Assembly (NCBI GenBank): GCA_973895155.1
Contig: OZ316893.1
Span: 26,028,798 to 26,092,797, forward strand
Length of the DNA: 64,000 nt
Reading direction: 5' to 3'
DNA from: Marsupella aquatica
Taxonomy: Eukaryota; Plantae; Marchantiophyta
The notes beneath the pieces were generated by a model, which was given only the letters and a program-made list of their open reading frames with translations, was not told where the DNA came from and did not search any database. Shown one piece after another: positions 1 to 10,826 of this stretch; the stretch's first letter is position 1, and every line of letters starts with the position of its first letter. A program made the translations under genes and the position numbers.

Positions 1-158
1 GAATTATGTGGGGAGAATTTTGACACACCCTATTATTTTGAGTACAAATATTCTCTACATGCAAGGCAAGTAGTAACATTTTGGTTACAGGAGAATTATG
101 TGGGGAGAATTTTGACACACCCTATTATTTTGAATACAAATATTTTCTACATGCAAGG
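1..158. repeat. ~67-bp direct repeat, ~91-bp period (first copy may be cut by the window edge)
   Basis: gaattatgtggggagaattttgacacaccctattattttga...tctacatgcaaggc at 1-67 and 92-158 with 2 substitutions. Confidence 0.9.
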
Positions 159-372
159 CTGCCCTTGTAAGATCACTCGCCAAGACCTTTCGGTCTTGAG
201 GTCGATCCCGAGCAGCAGCCGCTCAGCGGTAACACGTCTGGAGGTCGATCCCGAGCACGAGCGCCTCGGGTGGTCACACTTCTTGACGCTATAGCACCTC
301 AGTGTGGCCTGCTCTGAAGCGAGCGCGAAGAAAAGTGGAGAGCAAACTCATCTCGCGGCGATCGAATAGCTT

Positions 373-507
373 CAGCAGCAGCAGCAGCAGACGCAGATTT
401 GTTCATGGTAGAGAAAGAGATGGAGGATGACGAGGAATTCGGTGATGCTGTTGTCCACGGGGTGCAGCAGCAGCAGCAGCAGCAGCAGGAACAGCAGGAA
501 CAGCAGG
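373..507 (+). repeat. CAG microsatellites: one in the 5' leader and one encoding the polyQ/QQE tract
   Basis: (CAG)6 at 373-390; (CAG)8 followed by GAACAGCAG units at ~465-507, encoding QQQQQQQQEQQEQQ. Confidence 0.9.
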
Positions 508-3500
508 ACCTCGGCCTCTCCAGAGACTTGGACGCGAGCGCAGTGATTCCGTCGCAAGCAGTGCCGGTCGTTGGAGTGCCGAATTATCCCGACTGCATCA
601 AATGGTCGGAAGAAAATCTGCTGGCCATCGGCGCAGGGCATCTCGTCACAATTCTGGTAAGCGTGCATTACTGGTTCGCGTTTTCAAGGCTTTTGGTCCA
701 GAAATTGCCTGCCTGTTTCTTTTATTGGTTTCTTCGTTTGCTGTTTGAATGTTTTGCTTAGGGGTTTTCACCTCAGTCTGGTTGGTGCAATTGTCAATTT
801 CGTTAATCCTTTACGTGAGGACTCTTTGCGAGGACAATGTGTTTCCTACCTGTTTATTATTGCCGTCTTCTTTGCTAGAGGTTTGGTTAAGTTGATGGTT
901 TGGCCTAAGGTTTTCTGCACATTCTGGTGGAGAAGAAATTTCCGGGAGTCGTTAGTACAGAAAGAGTGCGCAAGAGCAATGCGCTTCTTTCGTCTGTCCA
1001 AGAAAAAATTGATGATTTTAAAGTCATTTCTTGGGAACCAATGGTAAATATGAGTTGGAGAGGGTTTAAGGTTGGAGACTCTGAATATTGCATGGTTGTG
1101 GTGTATATCCACTTCATCTCTTGTGCGTTTATCAATGCTGCACTTTCTCTCTTTTTTTGGTTTTTGTTTGTGGAGTTTGAGCCCACGTAATTTTTTCTGA
1201 AGGCCTGTGAAGTGTGCTTCTATTGCTTGGGCGGCTTTGTCCTAATTCAATTCTCTGATGTGGAAATTACCCCTCATAAAGAGACCGAGCAGCTGAAACG
1301 TATTGGTTTGTGAGCTCTCTCCTTAGTAAGGTTGTTTGGGTCGTGGGAACTTTATTGTACCAAACTGTGCTTTAGGCTTCGGGTGTTTTTGCCTGAAATG
1401 ACGCGGTGGTCACGGATGTTGACTGATTCCAGAATCCAGCCTCCATGGGCGGTCCGAGGGGGTTTGTTCCAGTTGCCACGAGCCCCATTTTTGACTTCGG
1501 GAGGGTGCAGCTCGAAGGTATGATACCTTAAACCGAATAGAAAACATTAGTTTGAAAAGCGTCATTTCGAGCAATTTTTGTGGTTTTGTGTTTCTTTTTG
1601 CATGTACACTAGGTGAAATGAGGGAGCAGGAAATAAGTAATATCTCGATTTTTGCTTCGTAGGTTAGCAGTGCCCCAAGTAAAGAAGGGTCTGCGTTCCG
1701 TTTTACATATCTGCTGCACAGCGGACAACTTAGGTGACAAATATTTTCTGTACAGAAGAAGTGATCCAAGGATCTGATCAAAATGCAGTGAGGGGCTTGA
1801 GCGTTCGAGTACTCTGCTTTGTTTTAGAATGGAGAAATCTGTTGTCTACAACAGCTATGCATTCTGGGATGTTAGATCGGATCTCTAGTCCTGGATGTAA
1901 ACTAATAGAATCCCTGCGTATTACATCTTGAAAGCCTAGATATATAAATACTAAAATTGGGGTACCACCACAAAATTTGAGTGGACCGAACTGATGAAAT
2001 GTCAGGCAGATTGTTGAGTTCACAGTTTTCCCTCGCCAATCTGCTGTTTGACCCTTGATTTTTCTTGATTACAGATTTAAAGGCTCATTCACTTTTTGAA
2101 ATCTGTTTGGGTAGAGATCCACGGCCAGGAGTGCGCTCGATTGACTGGTCACCCCTGGGTTTAGCTCAAAATGGAGGGTCTGTTCACAAACTCTTTTTGG
2201 TTGTTAGTATCTGCTAATTGGACATGCATACCTTGGTCCTCTCGAACTCTGTACGACATATATTAAATTTTGCACAAGCAGTTCTCACCAATAAAGTGCT
2301 CCTTGTGAGAGTGCCAAGGAGATTGTTAGGACGTGGAATATAATAGTATTGATTGTGTGAGCCACTTTGGCCAATTACCATCTCCTATAGCTAATAGTTG
2401 TGAATAAAGACTTACGTTATTATTACAATTTCATGTGTTTAGCAAAATTGGTGCCCTGAACACTCAAATGGATTCTTGGGAGTGTTCTTGCAGGTCCTTG
2501 TTGGCTGTTTGCACTACTGACGGCCGAGTGAAGGTGTACCGCACACCATTCTGTGACTTTCAGTCCGAGTGGATAGAGGTATGGATAATGTTCTTGGGGC
2601 ACATGATTACTCCAATCTAGAACAGTCAAGACTGTAATGTAGAAGCACGATGCCAGGTTTAGTCTCTCGTAGTTTGGAGGGCAAAATTTGTGCTGGCTCT
2701 TATGTGGAACGCTTTAACCACAATGCGCAGATCATAGACCTTTCAGAAATGGTCTTCAATTACTGCTTGAAAGATGACTTCCGGGAAGCAGACCAAGCAG
2801 CTGTACAGCTAGCTCTGGTATGCCTGCCCCCCCCTTTTCCGTCTTGGCTTTGTGTTAATGATTAATTTTAGATGCACTGAGTGTTTGAGTTACCCTTTTC
2901 TGTACGATGTATGACAAGTTTCATGGAGACATGTCTATTCTACCTCTGCAGGAAGAAGAGACGATTCCCGCACCTCTAAAGTGGGGTTTCAGGATTAAAA
3001 GAAAATTTGACGATGATGCGGAGCCACAGCATCGGAAAGTACAGAAAGCGAGGCATCAGTGAGCTCTTGTAGCCATTATCTTGTCTGTGGAGTTGTGCTA
3101 AATTTATGTTCTCTTGGTGCCTGGAAATGTTGCAGTTCGGAGTCAGTGTGGAGTGAACTCTGGTTAGTGTCATGAGAATGACTTGCGCCACTATGCTACT
3201 TCTTCTTGCCGAACTTGTCTTTCTAACGCTCGGTTACCAAAATTGTATTGTCTTGTAAGTCAGAGTGTAATGCTGGACGTAGTGTGAACCTGATTACTGA
3301 ATTGCAGTACGACAGGCAAACTTGTTGGAGGAGATATAGTGACACCAACTGGTCCTGACGTGTTACTCACCCCCAACGTAGATCAACAGAAGCCGGCCAG
3401 AATGGTCCCCGATGAAGGTCAAACAACAATGATCGAGCAGGGGTCTCGCGTGGAGGTGAGACAGTTGAATTCTGAGATGTTTACCTGTTATGAGTCCTCT

Positions 3501-6500
3501 CACAAAGGAAAAAGTAACAAGGGGTTCGTGAGCGATGCTCTTCTGAACATTGTATACATTCTCAAATAGATCCCAAATGCTTGTCACTAATTGGGCTATC
3601 ACGCATTCACACTTCCACGCTTCCCCACTCCCGCATTTCCACACTCCCGCAGATGGTAGAATGCATTTCGCACAGGCCATTTTATAGCTGATCATGAGAA
3701 ATTGGAACTGAAGGTGCTGGAAGAGGATGAAGACGTGCAATACTGGGTTGGTGGATTCGTTGCTGAGATCGTGAATGGGGAAGCTTTGGTCAAGCTTGAT
3801 CGCCCACAGTACGGTATAACTTTTCTTCAAGATGCTTTACCACCTATAATCCCCTCTTTATGCTCCCCCACTGTGGGCGGTCAATCTTGAAATGGTACTT
3901 TCACAGTTTACAGAGTCGATGTGTCACTGTCTTTAAAGGTCAAGCAGGACTCTCGATGGTGGTCTGAGTCCGTGTTGACATAGCAAATTCATGCTGCAAA
4001 TTGTTCTCCAAGTGAAAGAAAATCGTCGTTGTCCTGTGAAGGATAGTATTTTCTACTGAATCATCACGAATCAGCCACATTTTTGTAAGAATTTTAGGCT
4101 GGAAATGTACCTGAGTTGTCTGAGCTTCCAGTTTGCCTGATTCTTGTATCAAGTTGAGAAGGTCTAGATGAACTGATTGGAGCTATTGCGTGCTATCAAA
4201 CAGGAGCAATGGAAGAGTGGGTCCCTCTTCGTGTGACTAGTGAGACTGACAGCGAAAAGACTGAAAAGGCGTTTCCTGGAAATTCAAGTTGTCAGCGAGA
4301 TGGTAAACAAGTCATGCACATTTGGCGACCTAGAATTCGTCCCGAAATAACTACAGAGACTCTGGAAAAATGTTTAACCGTTGAGGCAGGTGGTGAAAGA
4401 TCACTAGTAAATGGGGACTTGGTAGAAGCATGGATAAATGACAGGTGGCAAGAAGGAACAGTATTAGAAGTTCGAGGATCTGATGTACTGGTGAACTTCT
4501 CTGCTAGCTCTATGAAGGCTACAGTAGAACTAAAAACTTTAAGGCTAGCACCAATTTGGCATGGGAATAGGTGGACGTGGAAATCAATTAGCGCAGTCTC
4601 AAATCAGAAGACTTCTTTAGTTTGTCATAATGGCAGCGATACATGCGTTTCACCAAGTGTGGAGCCAATTGGGCACGATTTGTCTTATGACTCCAACGAG
4701 AGACAATTCGTTGGACAAAGAGAGCGTCAAATTCAGAGGGTGGGAGGCGCAAACGACCCTGAACATATGCCAGCAACCCTTGTACTATACACAGAGCAGG
4801 GTTCTCTTTCGTCTCCTGTACCATCAGGATCTGGGCAAGAGTCGCGTCAAGATATGACTCAAGAGACCAAACAGGTAAGAATAGGAGCTGCAATAGTCCA
4901 ATGGCCCCCGTTGCCCTAGCTTGAATGGTTCAGAAAAGGCTTTGTCGCAAATTATGTTTTTCTTAGTCTCCATAGGTTCTAATTCATTTGGCTTGTGACA
5001 TTCAGAAGTCCTACTCAAGGGTCTACAAAAGAAGAGGCGTTGCAACGGCCCCCCCTCCAGCTGATTCAGTTGGATCAACTCGACCAACTAGGACCAGAAG
5101 GCTTCCCAGCAAACTCAGAAGTGAAGATACAATGGCCTGGATGAAGGACGCTGATGTGTCAATGCTTTCGGAGCATGATTTGGGACACGAGAACGTGCGA
5201 AATGACAAAGATACAGATTATGTGCAGCAGGTGAAAAGTGTGAAGGACGGAACCAAGACAAAGCACGCAAGAATTATAAAACACACTGCTGAAGTGAAAG
5301 AGGCAAAAAATGCCACGGTTACTGGTAAAGTGAAGGAAGCTAAACGTGATAAATCCGGTGAAAAGGAAGAGCATGACAACTATGAAAGTAAAGTGAAGCA
5401 AAAGTGGATCAGTCCAAATGCCTATGCTGCTCGCAGTGAATTCTTGGCACCTTTGTCAGTAGCTTGGTCTCCTCAATGTCAAGACCAGGGTAGTAACGCT
5501 GGTGATGGAGGACTGGAACCTCGAAAATTTGTTCTCCTTGGAGCTGGAATGAAATCTGGTAGAGTTAGTCTGTGGAGAATTGCTTATCCTTCCGTGTACT
5601 CCATTGACCATTCACACAGACCGGGGGCCACCAGTTTTCTGGGCTTCTTAGTCGTGCATGAGTCGTGGGTTACTAATCTTAGCTGGGCCAGCTGCTGTAA
5701 TTTTAACCTTGCGAAGCTCCCTACGCATGCTTTTCTCGAAAGTGACCGCCCGTTAGGTGATACACTCCTGCTGGCTACTGGTTGTGCTGATGGAAGGTAA
5801 TATTCTAAAATTTCAATGCTCAGTTTTTGTTTCCGAGCTTGAACTGTCGCTGCTTGCCATTCTTAATGCTTTATTTTTGAGTCATGTAGATTGGGGTAGC
5901 AGTATGAGTGAGGTCACAGCAGATGGGTCTTAATTCTCAGAACTGCAATTTTCCTTAAGTTTAGAGAAATCTTGTGTCTTAATAGTGTACCGAGGTGGAA
6001 CTTTGTGCCACACTTGATTTAAACTTGATGATAAGGGCAGTCATGTGTTCAAATGCTCATTTGTTTTCATCTTCCATATGGTTTTCTCCTCCTTCCACAT
6101 GGTTTTCTCCTCCTTCCACATATGTCGACACTTAATTGTTTGGGACAGTCCTAAATTCATGCAGTTTAGGATATGTGAATGTGGTCTTTCTTTATCCTAT
6201 ATCAGTTCGTATTGTATGGGATGCATGAATCTTTCTCCACTTATTCGTAAGGGTTTTGTATGGCAGTGTGAAATTATGGGCTGGACTTTCCAGGGAACTT
6301 ACTGGTCCAGAGTGCGTTCCATTTAAGCTTGTGGAGGAGGTAGGTTAAAAGTCACATGTTTACCCCTATATATTGACCGCTCTATCCAGGATGAAAAAGT
6401 TTATTCGATATGCTGAATCGTATGTCAGTGTTCATTCGATATGCTAAATATGCGCAATGTCAGTATATTTGAGGCAAGCATTGTGAGCGAGAGTATTTTA

Positions 6501-9500
6501 ATCTGAACTTTTCTTGAGAAAGCGGCCTTCTGGTCAGTGATTTTTCACTTGTGGAGGGCAGGTTGTGAAAGCGGACAGCGTACCAGTAACAGCGCTGGCA
6601 TTACTTGTTCCTCCACGATCTAGTGACATAGCACTTTTGGCAGTTGGAAAGGGATCAGGCAGTGTGGGGGTGTGGGAGCTAAAATCATCAGGAATTTTTC
6701 ACCAGATTTACGTGCAAAATCGTGCACACCAACAAATGGTGAAAATCTCTGACGCATCTAAATCTGCTTTTGTTCGGTACCTCTCCAATGATTGCATTAT
6801 TATAAGCAGATAATTTAAAAGGATACGAAGTGTCCCCAAGGATGACATGAAATGTGTTCTTGTTTGTGCAGGTTACTGGATTTTCGTGGACTTGTGATGG
6901 CCGATGTCTATATAGTTGTGGACAGGTTGTTCTCACAAATTTCAATTATCGTCATTTCGTCTACGTCTAGGTTTACCTACAGTGCCACATTTAAATTAAG
7001 CACTCAATTTTCTTATGTTTTTGTGTCCGTAGGACTGGTTGATTCACATGTAAAATGTCGATTACCTTTTGTTCTCCTTTTCTAGATTTGTTACTCTATA
7101 CCGCGCTAGTTGACGTGCGCTCCGGGTTGTGTGTTCCCAGGACTCTTTGAAGCGCTGGGACGTCTCTCAAAAGCAGTTGCTGCCCTTACCTTTCCCTGAT
7201 GGCAGTTCTTTATTCTCACCCAATACCGCATCAGATGTAAGTGATGACCTGTTGCTGGGAAGTTCTATTTGGGAAGTTGTTATCTGGTTTTATAAATTTC
7301 TATCAGTTGATCTATGATCTTAATAAGGTTTGAGCTCGACAACAATCTTGTCGAAAGCCCAGTCATTCTTATTGCAAGTGGCAAATTGTTGGTACCTTCT
7401 TAACTAAACCATAGAGAAACTTTCAATACTTCGATGGGATTTCTAATGTATTTCAACATGTTGGTATTCTGGGATAAGTCTAAGAAGTAAAAGTGAGAGA
7501 TCCTGCTTCATTTTGAATTGTACCATTTGTCTGATTTTCATGGAAGTGGTCTCTTAAAGAGTCTTTACACGTTAGGATTCTGACGGTGACTTGTGAAAGT
7601 TGTTTTTTGTTCAGATTTGCAGTTTGGAGACATTGGAGTCTCTCTTTGGGGTTACGTTGTCTCCTAACGGTCTTGCCTTAGCTGCTGTAAGCAATAGCAT
7701 TTCATGAGCCACCCCATGATCTGTTTGGAGCTGTAGTTATTTTTAATCCGATTCAAGTTGGTTCATTGCTATTTCTATGTCATCGACATTTTCCTTCTAG
7801 GTCATCTGCAATTAGATTCTAGTCATGCAGATCCTGCTTGTGGACATTCTTCATGTACTGCACTTAGCTCTAATGGCTGTTCTTCAAGCATAAGTTCTAC
7901 TCGTTGAGATAAGGTTGTCCACCAGGTTGTACAGGATTTTAAAAGTGGGTCTCCTTTTGTGATCAGGTCCGAGGCATTGCAAGTGACCTGTTAGATCAAA
8001 TGTACCAAGCTAGGCAAGATTCTACAGTAACTCATACTGCAATTGTCACAAGACGTAACTGAAAATGTCCCGTGTTATTATTGAAGAGAAGATATGAGAT
8101 AAAATTTAGTGAAGACGTTTCTTGTTGGATTGTTTTCCCGAGTGTTCAGTGGATCTGAGGTAGTAGTTTGACCTCAGTTGATTTCTGTACCTGTGAAATG
8201 CATCACCGCCTAGCCAGATGGCTGCAGTTGTGTTCTATTTTTTCCCTTCCGTGTCACTCTTAGATTTCCTGATATTGTTCTGCTTTTGTTCTTTGCTCCT
8301 CAAAGTCGCTTTGCACAAGTTCTGAGTCAGTCAATCTGTTTCTCCAGGTCACAGAAGGGCATGGTGCAACTCTTTTGGCTGGGTAATGAGCATATTGATG
8401 TCAAGGACGCGAACCGTACTAGTCTGGCTAATATTGCAAGTTCTCCCAAAGCTATGCCGGGGTATGATCTGGCTTGTTGGGAGTTGAGTATGATTGATGC
8501 ATTGGAGGCTCTGGAAGACCCACGGAAAAGTTTAGTTCTCTGGGATGTGGTTGCTGCATTGTCTTCATTGAAGGAGAGACTTGGCACAGAAGGAGTGGTT
8601 GCGATCCTTTCAAAATGGTTGTCAAGCTGGGGACCAGAACAAGGTGCAGTGGGAGCAGTGGACTCACATAAAAGGTCGAATGGAAGCTTCCAGAAAGCGA
8701 TCCTTGAGGCAAGCTGTCGCAGGCTACAACTGCTGAATGTTCTTTATAGACGTTTGTTTTTTTCTCATACCAAGACGGACATGGTGAGAGCTCATTCTTC
8801 CGAAGATTCTAGCAAAGGGGAAGGACAGGAAGGTGAATTGTGGAGGGAGGGATTATACCTTGTGGAACATGAACTTCGGCAACGCCTTGTACACCTAAAT
8901 TTGCAAAGTGCTGTTTATGAAGTCAACAATCTCAACTATGCAACGCAAGGACGCAGTTGTTTGTGGATAAACCTGCTTGTGGAATGGGTGCTTAGTAATG
9001 TCCACTCAGTTGACCCACGGTTGGGAAAGCTGGCTAATATGCTGCAGGCTGCTCAAGGGAAAATGTACGATATCCAAACTCCCTGTCGTTCATATATTAA
9101 GATTTCAGTTCTATCCGACTCATTAAGAGTTCACCCGGCTCATGACCAAAACTTTCATGGCTTTCTGACTTTTACGAAACCTTCTGCATCGTGAGTGTGG
9201 TACTGATCAAATACGGGTTGGGGGCAATGGTTGCATTTGGCAGACGCGTGAGCCTGGGGGCACCAAGTTCAATGGAGGCTTGCACGTTCTGTGATTCAAG
9301 CGTGTCGCTCGAGTCTCCAGAAATAGCAACTTGCTTTGGTCCGGGGAAGCATCGCTTAGAGCGCTGCTCTGTTTCCTTGCAGGTTTGTCCTCCTGTATGC
9401 TTATGGCATTGCAGCTGTTGTGGGCGGTCAGCCACGAAACTGCCTTCCTCCTTGTTTCTTTCTCTTTCCTCAATGGAGCAGATAGCAGGGCTTCCACTTC

Positions 9501-9601
9501 CTCTATTTACTCATGCTGATGCTTTCCCCTTCTGCCCTTTCTGTGGCATATTAATGCATCGGCTTCTCCCCAATTTTTTTCTGACGCCTTCATTGGTGTA
9601 G
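405..9601 (+). CDS. GTF3C4: Transcription factor IIIC 90 kDa/delta subunit-like WD40 protein (~1340 aa) with N-terminal polyQ, an inserted tandem Agenet/Tudor module and a C-terminal zinc-finger region
   Basis: Exons by hand: 405-656, 1433-1517, 2075-2177, 2494-2578, 2731-2817, 2952-3058, 3308-3455, 3714-3813, 4204-4874, 5006-5796, 6267-6339, 6562-6738, 6872-6925, 7141-7236, 7615-7686, 7967-8013 (GC donor), 8348-9064, 9244-9601. Total 4023 nt, in frame. Motifs typical of plant TFIIIC-delta WD40 proteins: YPDCIKWSEENLLAIGAGHLVTILNP, VRSIDWSPLGLAQNGGSLLAVCTTDGRVKVYR, LLLATGCADGSVKLW, VTGFSWTCDGRCLYSCGQD, MYQARSQKG, and Cys-rich C-terminus CTFC...HRLERCSVSLQVC...CSCC...CPFCGI. Confidence 0.85.
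6070..6121. repeat. Intronic 21-bp tandem repeat
   Basis: cttcca(t/c)atggttttctcctc, about 2.5 copies. Confidence 0.8.
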
Positions 9602-10826
9602 CTGTAGGAAGTGATTTCGCTTTCGGGTTCTCCTAAAAAGATGTAGAATCAGCAAATGCTGAGGGCCAGAATAGGTTCAAAGTAGGTTAGATCCCTGTAG
9701 GGGTACAAAATAGTCTTTCAGTCAATTGAGTTAGTGACTGAAAAAGAGTTTGGAACTCGGATAAGTAGCTTTTTTGAGCCTTTCAGGTCAAATGAACAAC
9801 CCGGATTTCTTTGAACTCGGATAAGAACAATTTCAGAAGCATCTCGTTCTCACTATCTCAGGAAATTAGTCGAGCCAAGAAAAAATTGCTTATTCGCTTC
9901 AAGCTCAAATGGTACTTATCTGGGCTTTAGTCTCCGTGAAGAAAGTAGCTTGAGAGCTTCCAGGGCAACTTAGAGTATACCAAATTTGGAATGTTTAATG
10001 TGTACATTGGCATCCCCCATGACATAGAACGTGGGCTCAATCTTTATAGACACACTTCTGTCCAGCAAAATGTCTCGGTCCGTCTAATGCCAGCAACCAT
10101 CTTTATTCTAAGTAATACCACAAATCCTCAGACATGAAGAGTTTGATGGTGTAGAGGAAGAGCTCTACGAAATAGGTCGATCATGGCGAGGATGTCCGTC
10201 TTCTCAAGCGGCAGTGCCACTTGAGTTAAGATCAAACTATGTGTACGCTCTGTTTTTCTCTTCAAGACCCATGCAGTCACAATTTCTTAACTTATGAAAA
10301 CTCGTCTAAAACCCTCTCATTGCCACTGCCTCGATGCAAGGAGGGCCATGGAAAATGTAGCTCACTCTTCCTCTAGCTACCTTGGTAATCAGGAAAATAA
10401 CCTTGGTTTCAATCATTTTCAAATACACTGATTATTTTTCCATTCTCTTAAGTTCGCCTTGTTATAGTAGCTAGAAAGGTCAAATGCACTCCAAATTGCA
10501 CGAATGAATAATGAATCAGTGTCCATTGCATCGTCCATATACATCAAATTTATTTGCAATTAATACCAAATTCAGGCCAACAAAATGAGACCTGTGACAA
10601 ACCGAGAAGTAATCTCTTGAGACTGTCTCGGAAGCAAAGTTGCTAAAAGATATGCACAATCACTCACTATGTCCTATTCAAACATGTCTGATACAATATT
10701 CTTTACATAATGGCACGTCTTTGGCCTCAATACTCTGTGTACACAATCCCTCAGCTCGGCCGCTGCCCAACAGCTCTGCTTACTTAGGGGATACTAATTA
10801 TAAGCGGTGGGATCGATGAATATCAT

